Assembly (NCBI GenBank): GCA_024137785.1
Contig: JAHRHZ010000013.1
Span: 8,706,139-8,770,138, forward strand
Reading direction: 5' to 3'
Length of the DNA stretch: 64,000 bases
Source of the DNA: Ginglymostoma cirratum
Taxonomy: Eukaryota
Both the position numbers and the translations under genes were made by a program. A model generated the notes under the pieces. The model ran no database searches. It saw nothing but the letters and a program-made list of their open reading frames with translations, and was not told the origin of the DNA. Of the stretch, positions 26,500 through 39,106 are shown in pieces; position 1 is the stretch's first letter, and every line of letters starts with the position of its first letter.

Positions 26500-26910
26500 A
26501 TGGTTTTTCTTCCCACACAGCTACAATATTAGCGTCAACAATGCGGAAAATTGCCCAAGTATGTTCAATCCTCAGAATACAGAACAAATCTAATCGGATC
26601 AATTGTCATCCACAGCACATCTGCAATCACCAGCAATGTGATGAAAGGCGTCATTACTACCAAGCAATGCTCACAGGGCAATAAATTGCTCATTGATGCA
26701 CAGTTTACATTCCATCAGGACTACCTGGCTGCAGGCCTCATTATAGTCTTGGTCCAATCATGGAAAAAAGAGCTAAACGCATGAAGTGAGGTGAGTAACT
26801 GCCTTTGGCATTGAAGCAAGATTTGTCCAAGTTGACATCATGGATTCCCAGCAGAATTGAAGCCAGTGGGAATCAAGGGGAAAGAAATGTCTGCACTGGT
26901 TGAAGCCATA
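26500..26910 (+). mobile_element. L2/CR1-group RT fragment
   Basis: WKIAQVC-like, AQFTFHQDY, LVQSWKKEL and DIxxAFDxV-like motifs. Confidence 0.55.
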
Positions 26911-26989
26911 CCTAGTACGTAGGAAGGTTCAAATAGGCAGCATCATGTGGTGCAAATCGATCAGTTTGAGGCAGGAAAGAAGCCGTTGG

Positions 26990-28050
26990 AACTTGTTCCC
27001 AGAATACAGATATGACCCTGAATATCATGTTGGTTGTACTCAGGGCCTGGAGAAAAGCCTGCTTCCTGGAGGATGATAGGAGAAGGTTGCCCATCCTCCT
27101 CAAATAAGACTTCACTTAAGGTTGCCAAGCCATGAGCAGTCAGAGTGTAGTACGGTGGAGATGGATCGAATGCCATAAAAGTTTCAGCGATTTCCTGAGC
27201 TCTGGAAAGCTAAGTCTCATCTAGCACCATCACTCTATTTTGTGTTACCATGTTAGCAACTCCCTGTCAGATATTCCCATGTCGTGGCCTTATGACCATA
27301 TCCAGAGTGTATAAATGCAATTATGCATGGTCTTACCTAAAGTGGAACCTAACTGTGGGGATTCAGGATATGGTCAAGGCTCAGACATTGAAAATGCAGT
27401 GCATAAGAAGTCATATATTATCTTATAAGGACACAACACCTCAGTGAATTTATTAAATCAGTAAGCCAAATTTTTTTTTGGCTAAATGAGGTACTGTCAC
27501 AGTGAGGCCCAGCGAGATTTCTTGATGTATCATACCATTAACTACCTACTGCACATCTGTGCCATCCTTCTCATTCAATTCTAGCCCTATGTTACCATGT
27601 ATTATTCCCAGAAAAAAACATTCACCAGATTGCTGTGCGTCCACATGAATACTGGCATTCTGGAGCTGTCCTGCTTAGTAAAGGATTGAGTCAAAGGATA
27701 TTGGAGAAGGGGAGGTCCTGGTCAAGGAGAGGGTGCAAAGGAGACGACTGCTGTTCTCCAAGAAACAGCAGAGGAGCCAGACCCTGCTTCAACGTCTCCA
27801 CTTGAGTCAGTGGCGTCTCAGTTGTGCAGGGGAACAGCCAGCAGTGTCACTCTGCCAAGGTAAATGTTTTACCACCTTTCCACCATTTGTACCAGCACAA
27901 ACCGCCATGTCACCCACTTTCACCCCATTCAATCGCCTCCTGTCTCTCCTTATAGGAAACGACAAATCGCAATAGGGTATAAAGGATGGGTAGAAGGGTG
28001 CTCAAAGTTAGACACCTCGGCCCCTACAAGGAAAGATCCCGCTGTTAGCC
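26990..28050 (+). mobile_element. Harbinger/PIF Myb/SANT-like gene remnants (two exon-1-like copies, GT-AG intron, exon 2)
   Basis: SSQSVVRWRWIECHKSFSDFLSSGK (cf. RTxxQCRKxFNDL); EVLVKERVQRRRLLFS; donor at 27860, acceptor at 27955, then ETTNRNR...LGPYKER (cf. EKxAHNRRE...LTPxEE). Confidence 0.5.
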
Positions 28051-28189
28051 TTATTCATTGCAAACCAATTCTAACCACTGGTGGCAACGACTTCTCTCCC
28101 TTCTTTCTTGCATGAATAATCATGGACCAACGGCTAGCTCCTCCAGCAGTTACCTCCTTGACATCAGACAGCAAAAGTACAGAAACCTA

Positions 28190-29027
28190 ATTTGGTGGCA
28201 TTGTAGTTAGTACAAAGGGATGTTCATCAAATGGGTCACTGGGCTGAAAAATGACAGGTGGAGTTCAATCTGGATAAATGCAAGATATTGCATGTTCGTA
28301 CAACAATCAGGGGTAGGGCCTTGGGTAGTGTTGTAGAACAGAGGGACATAGGGGTGTAGGTAAATTATTCTTTGAAGTTTGCATCACATATAGACAGGGT
28401 GGTTGAAAAGATGTTTGACACGCTTGCCTTCATTGCTGAGTCCTTTGAGTACAGGAGTTGGGAAGTTATGTGGAGGTCATACAGGACATTGGTGAGGCCT
28501 CTTCTGAAATATTGTGTCTAGTTCTGGTCACTCACTTATAGGAAGGATATTATTTAGCTGGAGAGGTTTCAAAAAAAATTTATGAGGATGTTGCCAGGAA
28601 TGGAAGGTTTGAGTATAAAGAAAGGCTGGGATTTTTTCACTGGAGCATAGAAGGTTGAGAGACGACCTGATAGAAATTTATAAAATAATGAGGGGTATAG
28701 ATAGAATTAATAGTAGTTGTTTTCTCTCTAAAATGGGGAATTTCAAGTCGAGGGGACACATTTCAAAGTGACAGAGAATTAAAAAAGACATGAGGGCCAT
28801 ATTTTTTACGCAGAGGGCGGTTCGTGTGTGGAATGAACTTCCTCAGGAAGTGGTGGATGTGGGTACAATTACAACTTTTAAAAGACATTTAGATAAGTAC
28901 ATGAATAGAAAAGGTTTGAAGGGATAGGGGCCAGCTGCAGACAGGCGGGACTAGTTTCGTTTCCGATTATATTCAGCATGGACTAGTTGGACCGAAAGTC
29001 TGTTTCCATGCTATACGACTGTGTGAC
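28190..29027 (+). mobile_element. CR1 LINE 3' fragment
   Basis: LVRPLLKYCV*FWS, RLRDDLIEIYKIMRGIDR, FTQRAVRVWNELP; CR1 3' tail. Confidence 0.88.
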
Positions 29028-30791
29028 CTCAGAGGAAGTATCAGCAAGGTTGCTTTCTGATACCCCAACCAGCTTTGATACTGACATATTAGTGGGAACG
29101 TTAGTCTTAGAGAGTGTGAGAACACAATCTGGTGATCACATAATTGCAACCTCCTCAGCAGGCAGAGGATGAACTACCCCAGATTGCTGGCATTCAGAGG
29201 ACTTTCAGAGACCAGGTATCTGCTGAACCCAGGCAAGAGAAGATACTGTTGTATTGACAATCAGGGAATTCACCAACATGCACAGCAAGGAACAGGAGCA
29301 ACAGGTGGATATGTGGGTTACAAAGGATCCAATTTGCCAGAAGATGCAATAATGAAGCAACATATGCAATTATTTAGCTACCTCATGGACAAGTTACTGG
29401 CTGCTATGGAGACCCAGGCCCAGCACCCTTAGGGACTGCAGGAGAGATGCACACACCTGAACTCCATTGCCCTAACCTTTGGTCCTCAGGACCAAAAGCT
29501 TGGCTGGGAAACTGGTACAATTGAAACTCCAGGTGCCCTTTCCTCACAAGGAGACAGTGTGATGCCAGGATGCACCCATGCAGAGGAGGAACCATACACA
29601 AGCCCATCAGAAATCTCCTACCACGATGCTCCAGAGGTAGCCTCCACCTCAACCCTGCTTATCCCTCTCTGCCTCTTGAAAGTTCAAGCCAAGGAGGGTG
29701 CAGTTGCCTGTGGCTCATCCAGACCCAAATGCTGACAAAACTTCAATGCCAAGTAGGCTCATTCGGTTCCAGCTGCAGAACCAGGGACTACATTAAGACA
29801 AGTGTGGAGGGAGAGGGATAAGAAAATATATTGAAGGTGCTTTGGTGGCATGGGTGATAGTGCATTGTACATTATTTGGATTTTTTCCATAAACTGCACT
29901 CGGTTGACAATCTATTTGAATAGCCCAGAACAAACTATGTCAACTTGATGTCTAACTTTATGGCCATGCAGGATGTTCCATGGATCAATGTGTGTGTTGA
30001 GAGCCTGTTGCAGCAACTGGAAGCAAGATGAACAGGGCATATAGAGGATATTGAGCCCTACTGATACCATTACCTATCATACTACAATATCCTTATTTTT
30101 TTCCCTGGCCTCTGTGTTCAAAACTGTTAAGGTGAATGAGGTGATCAGTAATATCTGGAGCTTGGAGGTGTACAGCATATTGGGATCCAATACATTAGCA
30201 CAACCGGTTTAGTCTGTATTCTAAAATGTTTATTAGTAATATATAATTCTGTTCCCCTTTAAAAGCCTTTATATCCTGCAGATCCTTTATAGGCCAAGTC
30301 CCTTACAACATGCAATCTGAATGTGGTTGTAACCATTTTCTTTCCAATTGTGCACTTTCAATTTGCAGTACAATGGATGATGACAGTGAGCACCCTTGGG
30401 TTATAACGGCTTGCAGTCTGTGTCTGTACATGTTGGTGAAATGCGAATACCCAAATGCCTTTTCTGATAGCCCTTACTGTGAGCCCCATCGGCTTCACAC
30501 TTCCTAGATCCCTACCCAACTGTCTACATAAGCTGGCACTGGCCTACCTTTCCCTCCAACCTGTGGCAAATAAGGCAACCATACCAGGTGTGGCCAGCCA
30601 GTATCACCCTGTTGAAGCTTATAGCACTCTTGACCTTGGATGAATACTACTCCTGCATGACCCTCTTCCTATTTATGCTTTATAGTATCCCCTCTTGCAG
30701 GTACTATGTCCCTCCTTCACAATTGGCTTCCCCACCCTCACCACCCCCCCATTCCTCCCCCAGGCCTGCAGCCCCCAATCCTAAAGAATAC

Positions 30792-32005
30792 TAACTTCAT
30801 TGAGTTTTTTGAAGAAGGACTGATGAAGACAGGGCTTTGGACATGATCTATATGGACTTCAGTAAGGCTTTTGACAAGGATTCTCATGGTAGACTGGTTA
30901 GCAAGGCTAGATTATATGAAACACAGGGAGCACTAGCCATGTGAATATAGAACTGGCTCAAAGATAGGAGACAGAGGATGGTGGTGGAGAGGTGCTTTTC
31001 AGACTAGGAGGAATGTGATCAGCGGTGTGCCACATGGTTTGGTGCTGGGTCTACTGCTTTGGTCAATTATATAAATTATTTGGATGTGAATATGAGGTAC
31101 GTTTAGTAAGTTTGCAGATGACATCAAAATTGGTGGTGTAGTGGACAGCAGAGAAGGTTACGTCAGAATACAAAGGAACCTTGATCAGATGGGCCAACGG
31201 GCCGAGGAGTGGCAGATGGACTTTAATCTAGATGAATGTGAGGTGCTGCATGTTGGAAAGGCAAATCAGGGCAGGATTTATACACTTAGTGTTGCTGAAC
31301 AAAGAGAACTTGGAGTGCAGTTTCAAAGTTCATGAAAGTGGAGTTGCGGGTAGACAGGATAGTGAAGAAGGTGTTTGGTATGCTTGTCTTTATTGGTCAG
31401 TGCATTGAGTATAGGAATTGGGAGGTCATGTTGCGGCTGTACAGGAGATTGGATAGCTACTTTCAGAATTCTGCATTCAGTTCTGGTGTCTGGCTATATG
31501 AAAGATGTTGTGAAACTTGGAAGGGTTCAGAAAAGATTTATAAGGATGTTGCCAGGGTTGGAGGGTTTGAGCTATTGGAAGAGGCTGAATAGGCTGGGGC
31601 TATTTTCCTTGGAGCATTGAGGCTGAGGGTGACCTGATAGAAGTTTATAAAATCATGAGGGGCCTGGATGGGGTAAATAGCCAAGGTCTTTTCCCTGAGA
31701 CAGGGGAGTCCAAAACTAGAGAGCATAGGTTTAAGGTGCAAGGGGTAAGATTTAAAAAGGACCTAAGGGGAAACCTTTTTATGCAGAGGGTGGTATGTAT
31801 ATGGAGTGATCTGCCAGAGGAATTGGTGGAGGTTGGTATAATTGCAACACTTAAAAGGTATCTGGATGGATATATGAATAGGAAGGTTTTAAAGGGAGTA
31901 CAGGCCAAATGCTGGCAAATGGGACTAAATTATTTTGGATATCTGGTTGTCATGGACGAGTTGGACCAAAGGGTCTATCTCCATGCTGTACAGCTCTGTG
32001 ACTCT
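30792..32005 (+). mobile_element. CR1 LINE RT to 3' end
   Basis: YMDFSKAFDK, SGVPHGLVLG, SKFADDIKIGG, RLNRLGLFSLE, FMQRVVCIWSDLP; CR1 tail. Confidence 0.92.
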
Positions 32006-33974
32006 ATAATAGGTTCCTGAGTCTTGCTCCAATGACAGCGGTCCCACTTGACACTTCCTAATCCTCTTTGTTTCTATGGTTGGACCTATGCTCTAATCGT
32101 GACTCACCCCTTGAATGACCTAACTGGATAGTCGAGATGAGAAGTGCCCAGACTCCAGACTGATATCTGTACATTTCCCCAACCACATTAATCCTACCAC
32201 AGGAACTGGCTGTCATGGAGCCACAGGACTGACCATGACCCAAGCCCTGGTCTGCAGAGACACATACCTCCGACAGCACCCCTGACCGTGGTCAGTCCCC
32301 TGGACTGGCATTGGAAACTGCCCTTGATTTAGTTTGCTGGGTTGCCCTGACTGATGGATACCTCCATGAACTCCAGTGAAGAATACTGCCTATTACTTTG
32401 AGACATATTTGCCTGCTTGATGCACATACAGTGTGTTTGCTGCATAAGTTATGGCAAAAGGCACGGCTGTGAGTTTCACATAGCACGCTGACATACGGCT
32501 CCCTTGACTGAGGGCGGCTGAGCAGCAAGGTAAGCTGGCTGGTTGTGTGGCTGTGTTAATTGACTTGACTATACAAGCTGAAGCAAGGCAGGGATGGTGT
32601 AGCATTGGCAGGTTGGTGCTAAGTCAACAAGGACTAAGAGAGAAAGTGAGTGGCCCTGAGATACAGCCTGGTCCAGATCATGAGATGGTGTCTGTCCCTG
32701 CGTATGAAGTGGCTGTGATGCAGTCTTTCAATGCTAATTGCCAGTGTGCCCTGCAATCCCTGTCCATGCTTACTAATGAATTAGAGAGGTGCCATGATGG
32801 CCATAGGGCTGTTGGCAAATGCCAGTGTCTATGGACAAGAGGTGCATTCAGCTGGTGGCTGTGAATCATGCCCTGAGATGTTTTTGGTGCTAAGCATCGT
32901 GGACGCTATTTGCAGCAAGTGATGAGCTGAAGACAGCCTATAGTCACTGATTAATTAATATCTAGTTTGTTTGGTATGTTTGGTAGGATAAGAAGCTGAA
33001 TACTAATGAGGTGAGTTGGGCTGTTAACAAGGTTTTTAACAAACTTTAATCCCCCTTAACTGGTAATTCACTGCTGCCTAGCAAGAAATTCACCTCAACA
33101 AAAGCAGTAAAGATGTAGCAAGCTGGTCTCAACGTTAAAATAGGCCTTGCCAGACTTCTCATCTGATTCTGCCACAAATCTCACAATAGCCTGTGTTGCT
33201 CAGAACCCAATAAGATTCCACCAAGTGGTACTGATTTATCGTTTATGACAATGATCATTATGATCATGACCCCTGACGGGAGTGCTCATTTGTGGGCGTG
33301 TGATATGATAGGATCAGTCTTGTATGTCAGACCTCAACCGATTGAATTGCCTGTTACAGTCATGGTTTAGGTACATGTGGGAGGAATTGCCTCATTGGGA
33401 GCAATGCTACTGAGCTGCAGATGCACTTGAAATCAAACCCAGCTACAGTCATTGCCTTTAGAAAAAAGTAGAACAGACGTAAGACAGTAAAAATAAATCA
33501 AGGTCAATTTTGTGTAGGAAAAAGTGAGAAACATTCCAGCAAAAAATGTCAGACAAACAGAAAAACTTGGAACGCATGTCATTGCTTTTCATGTATTAAC
33601 ATGAGAAACCAATTTGACAAAATTCAACTAACAATGACTTCGAAACTGGTTACATAATCTGTGCTGTCATCACTGAGTTCTGAAAAATGTGAAGAGAATT
33701 CAGCATATTCTTTCTATTCCTATTCATCTCATTCTGCGCAATATATTTGAAGAGAATCAATGGAACTCTGAGTTAGAACAGTGCATTATAAACTTTGTAC
33801 AGTTTTCCCAGCTGTAGACTGTAATGAAAGTACAGAAAAACATAAAAACTAGGAGCAGGCATAAACCATCTGGCCCTTTGAGCCTTTTCTGCCATTCAGT
33901 ATGATTGTTGCCTTAACTCCTTTCCTGTTTGCCCCATTTTATTTTTGTTTAATTCTTTGTTCATTCAAATCTTA

Positions 33975-34640
33975 ACCTGAAATGCTGGTAGGACCAGCAT
34001 TTATTACCCATTCCTAATTGCTTTTGGGAAGGGTAAGGAAGCCACTTACCTGAATGACACAAACTACGTGGTGTAGGCCCACCAAGGATGTTGGCAGGGA
34101 ACAATTAAGGTCCAACATTTTGACCCAGTGACAATGAAGGACCAGCGATTTTCTTCCAAGGTAGATGATGTGTGATTTTGAGAGGAACTTTGCAATTGAT
34201 TGTGTTCCAGGTACCTGCAACCTGCAGTTCTGAGGAAGGGTCACCGGACCTGAAACATTAATTCTGATTTCTCCTCACAGGTGCTGCCAGATCTGCTGAG
34301 CTTTTCCAGCAACTTCAACTTTTGCTCAGTGGAGAACTAATGGATTTGGAAGGTTCTGTCAAAGAAAAGTTGAATAGTTGCTGCAATATATCTTGTAGAT
34401 GGTACTGTGTTGTGTGTAAGAGGATGTTTAAGACAGCACATGGAATGCCACTTAAGTAGGCTGCTTTGTCCAGGATGGTGTTGAAATCCTTGAGTGTCAT
34501 TGGAGCGGCACTCATCTAGGCAGGCAAGGAATATTCCATCATATTCCTGACTTGCATCTTGTAGTCAATAATAAGGCTTTGGAAAGTCACCAGGGTGGTA
34601 ATTCTTACCTCATTATGAGAATTCTTGTTTGTACCAAACC
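33975..34640 (-). mobile_element. L2-like LINE 3' fragment
   Basis: Reverse complement ends in the gggtaataaatgctgg tail shared with the 22081 SINE; QVRNMMEYS and LDKAAYL motifs. Confidence 0.7.
34222..34315 (+). mobile_element. PLE family A micro-insert with hammerhead motif
   Basis: cagttCTGAGGAagggtcaccggacctGAAAcatta...gctgagcttttccagcaactt inside the L2-like fragment; possible short caac duplication. Confidence 0.75.
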
Positions 34641-35018
34641 AGTAATGGGGTCTGGAGTGAACGGTCGTGAGAGTGCCCAAATTGATCATTCTTGAGTGCA
34701 TTATTGATGAAAGTCTGAGGTGAGGCTCTCTATCATGGTGCATTTTTGAACAGTATGAGCACAAAATAGGTCTCTGGCACAGCTGGAGCTGAGGCACTGG
34801 AAGCTGAGACACTGAGTGGGGAAAATTCAGTATCTCCAGCTATTCCAACATGGGCTGCTTGGTGCTGGACGTTGGAAATAGCACTCTGAAAGGCTTCCTG
34901 TCCATTTCCAGAAGCTTTCCAACTGGCTAAATTTTGCTTAGTCTTACTGTCGGATAGCTTTACTGGCTGATTTTACTCACGATTTACCAAATAACGTTCA
35001 CACAGGTGCAAGGTTATT

Positions 35019-35334
35019 TAGAATCATAATCATGGAATCCCTACAGTGCAGATAGAGACCATTCAGTCCACCAAGTCTGCACCAACCCTCCAAAGAGCAT
35101 CCTACCTCCCCCATCGCCATAACCCCACATTTACCCAGGCTAACCCACATAGCCAACACAAACCTGGACACTATGGGGCACGGTCATTCCATCTAACCTG
35201 CACATCTTTGGACTGTCGGAGGAAACTGGAACACTAAAGGAAATTCACATAGACACGGAGAAAGTCAGTTAGAACACACATAGTCTTCCAAGACTGGAGT
35301 TAAACCTGGGTGCCTGGTGCTGTGATGTAGCAGT
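35019..35334 (-). mobile_element. HE1-type V-SINE (diverged)
   Basis: Reverse complement of the HE1 tail, V-domain and head. Confidence 0.8.
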
Positions 35335-36100
35335 TAAAGGGGCAGACACTCAGGTTGCATGTCAGACAAGTTAAACTATCTCTTTTGAAATTTGTAATGT
35401 TCTAAAGTTTAGAGAAGTACTGGGTATGCTTTTGGAGGTATTTCAGTGAATTTCTAATGTGGCCAGATGCTGACTGGTTCAAACAAAGACTGTAAAGAGA
35501 CAAAGGCTGCTGTTGCAATACTTCGAGGCCTGCATCACAAAAGGAGCTGTAGGGAGAGAAGATATGCATAATATCCTCTGCTTGATGCCGTACTCCTTCA
35601 TAATGCTTGACAGTAATAGGAGGCTGACATTCAGATCAGCCAATGTACACACAATGCATCTTTATCAACATTTTCCTGTGTACCAGTCCATCAGAGTCCT
35701 CACACAAGTCCCCTCTATGAGACCCTACCTTCCTTTGAGTTTGCACACAAACTATACTTTAGTCTTGGCATGGCTGTAGCCCACTCATACCCAGTGACCC
35801 TCAAATTCCCAAGCTAATATTTTCAATCTCAGGTGAGGTAGCAAGAGTTGGGAAATTACCCGGCACACTATGCCCAGTTCAAGAGAAATCATGTGAATGG
35901 TGACATTTTTGCTCAGGTGGGGGCTGGAAGCAAAATGGAATCTGTCCTGCTGAGTCCATACTCAAATCAAACACAGGCCCAGGGCCTGCTGCGTGTCAAA
36001 GCATGCTGTTTATAATTCTCTGCGACTTTGCTCCTGGTGTTTTGTTAAACATCAGACTGACTATGTCACATTGTTCCACCTCTATGTCACTCATGTCAAC

Positions 36101-36564
36101 CCATGCCTCTCCCCTCCCCCAACTGCATCCCAAAACCAGCCCAGCTCATCTCCACCTCCCTAACCTGTTTTTCCTCTCACCTATCCCCTCCTCCCACCTC
36201 AAGCCCCACCCCCATCTCCTATCTACTAACATCATCCCGCCCCCTTGACCTGTCCATCCTCCCTGGACTGACCTATCTTCTCCCTACCCCCCCACCTACA
36301 CTCACCTTTACTGGCTCCATCCCCGCCTCTTCGACTTGTCTGCCTCCTCTCCACCTATCCTCTCCTCTATCCATCCTCTATCCGCCTCCCCCTCTCTCCC
36401 TATTTATTTCAGATCCCTCTTCCCCTCCCCCATTTCTGATGAAGGGTCTAGGCCCGAAACGTCAAGCTTTCCTGCTCCTTTGATGCTGCTTGACCTGCTG
36501 TGTTCATCCAGCCCCACGCCTTGTTATCTCGGATTCTCCAGCATCTGCAGTACCTTTTATCTCT
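36101..36564 (+). mobile_element. PLE family B pLTR / 3' UTR fragment
   Basis: Colinear with the minus-strand arm at 5162-5500; ends tctgcagtaccttttatctct. Confidence 0.88.
36432..36467 (+). ncRNA. Hammerhead ribozyme motif with canonical core (family B)
   Basis: CTGATGA-A-GGGTC(ta)GGCCC-GAAA-C-GTC; GUC triplet at 36461-36463; stem I ttt/aag is weak. Confidence 0.8.
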
Positions 36565-37589
36565 CCACTACTCACCCCTTTGTCCATTACAGCTCCCATG
36601 CCAACTTAATGCCTCTCATACTAACTCACCAACTACTTTTCGTCCTGCAAAAGAGGAGAGAATTTCATGATTGTCTTATATAATATACAGATGACATTTG
36701 AGTACATTGTACACAGGCAACAAAACCTGGTACACTAACGAGCTTACTTGAGCACATCAAAATGCTTAACAGGACTATTTACAAATTGTTTAATACTTCA
36801 ATTAAGAGCTAGCCTCTATTTACATACAATGGCTCACTTTAAAGCCTCTTTGGTGATTAGCTATAGTCGATAAGAGTAAAATTCATACCTTAGTCCTTTC
36901 ACAATGCTGTTCAGGTTCAATAATTTCTTGGCTCCTGCTGTCGGAGCATGCAGTCCATAGTTAGTTTCGGATGAGTTCCTTCTTCAAGTGGACGAATTTA
37001 ACTATAAGGATGGTAAGGACGATCAAAGCAAACAGGGCGAACCACACAGGCAGGTGTGACAGGAGATGTACACATGGATGTGTCTGCACATTTGAGCTAT
37101 AGTCCCACAAATCATCCCATCTGTTACTCACTTTGATTTCCCTGCTACCCTTTTGAATTTGCTCTGTCTGCTAAATAGCGGTAGCAAAAGCTTTATGCGC
37201 CAGACCTGCTATAATTTTTCAGGTAAAATTTCATTGCCAGCGTGATACTTTTCCCAATAATCCCCTAAAGTTTGTCTGAATTCATCACTGACATTGACAA
37301 CGATTTCACTCCTCCTGTGGATGCCTGTGAGGTTGATGAGGCTGAACCTGGCTGGTATGTGTGGCCTGATACAAAAGGCAGTGTTTTGTATGTTACATGT
37401 GAAGGTCCCGTACTGCAAGTGTTTTAGGGAAATTGTGATGTAATATTCTCCCTTCCACCTATACACTACTCTGGTTGTATTGTGTTCAGGCTCCAGATCT
37501 CTAAAGTACAATTTAAAACAACATTTGTCCAAAAACCACAAAAGCACAATCATTTGAATGTACGAGGTAGGGGCACACAATTGGTGCCG

Positions 37590-38780
37590 TAGTGTCGTCC
37601 AGCATAGACACAGGCCCTTTGGTCCACCATGTCTATACTAAATACAGACACCACGATAAACCAATCCAGTTTATCTACACTTGGTGCATAACCTATCACA
37701 CCCTGGAATTTTATGTACTCATCCAGATGTTCCTTAAATGTTGCGGGTATATCTGCCTCCATCATCCGCTCAGACCGCATATTGCCTATTTCTACCACCC
37801 TCTGCGTGGAAAAAAATTTCTCAGATCTTTACACCACATGCTCCTCACTTATGCCCTCTGGTCTTAGACACATTGGCCATGGGGAAAAGATTCTCATAAT
37901 CTACCCTACCTATGCCTCTCATAATTTGTATACCTCAGTCAGATACCCCCTCAGCCTCCTCTGCTCCAAGGAAAACAAACACAACCTGCCCAGTCTATCC
38001 TCAAAACTGAGGCTAATCATTCCAGGCAACATCTTGCGAATCTCCTCTGCGCCCTCCAGAGCAATCACATCCTTCTGATAGTATGACAATCAGAACTGCA
38101 TGCAGTATTCCATCTGTGGCCTAACAAATGTTTTTGAAGTTGTGACAAGACTTCCTTGCTCCTTTATTGTAAGTCCTGGCTAATGAAGGAAACATCCTGC
38201 ATGCCTCCTTCACCACCCTGTCTACCAGAGTTGACACCTGCAGGAATCTATGGACTTGTACTCCAAGGTCCCTTTTGCATCAGCACTCCCAGGGTCCTAC
38301 CATGCATTGCATACATCCATCCCTTATTAGACCTCCCAAAATCAGGATTAAATTCCATCTGCTATTGCTGTGCCCAATATTAACCTGTACCCTGAGACCA
38401 TTCTCCTCACTGAGGTTGTAGACTTGCTCGCTGAGCCAGTGTGTTTGGTTACAGGCATTTCGTCAGCCTGCTAGGTAACATTGTCAGTGCGCTTCCAGTG
38501 AAGCGTTGGTGTTCTGTCCCGCTTCTTATTCGTATGCCTTGGTTCCCTGGGTGGTCAGCATTTCTTCCGGTTCTGTTTTTCAGTGGTTTGTATATCGGGT
38601 CCAATTCAATGTGTTTTTGATGGAGTTCCAGTTGGAATACCACACCTCTAGGAGTTCCCTGGCAAAAAAAAAAGCATTCTCCTCACTATCAATAGCACCA
38701 CTGATTTTCGTGTCATCTGCAAACTTACTAATTCTACCTTCTACATGCACATCCAAGTTATTAATGTGCATAATAAACAA
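37590..38780 (-). mobile_element. CR1 LINE 3' portion, split by a PLE family C insert
   Basis: GRISKFADDTKISG and TFKEHLDEY motifs; continuous across the TSD at 38399-38411 / 38675-38687. Confidence 0.85.
38412..38674 (-). mobile_element. PLE family C (Poseidon-like) 3' fragment with degenerate hammerhead
   Basis: ARELLEVWYSN...(H)IELDPIYKPL GIY-YIG tail; CTGACAA-TGTTACC(tagca)GGCTGAC-GAAA at 38452-38490; perfect 13-bp TSD cattctcctcact. Confidence 0.8.
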
Positions 38781-39106
38781 AGTAGAGAGACAGTACCAGA
38801 TAAAGTGTACTATTCTAAAAGGATGTACTGGTGTAGAGAGACCTAGTTGTATATATGCAGAAGCTAGTAAAGATGGTAGAACAGGTAGAAAGATTTATTA
38901 ATGAAGCATAGGGAAATAATGATAAATTTATACAAAACACCAGCTTCATTTCAGATTGAATATTGTGTACATTTCTGGATGGCACATTATGGGAAGGATG
39001 TGTATACATTGAAGAATAGTCCGAGGGATGAGATCCTCGGTTACATGAATTGATTGGAGAACATGGGACTGTTTTCGTTGGAGAGGAGATGGCGACAAGG
39101 AGATTT

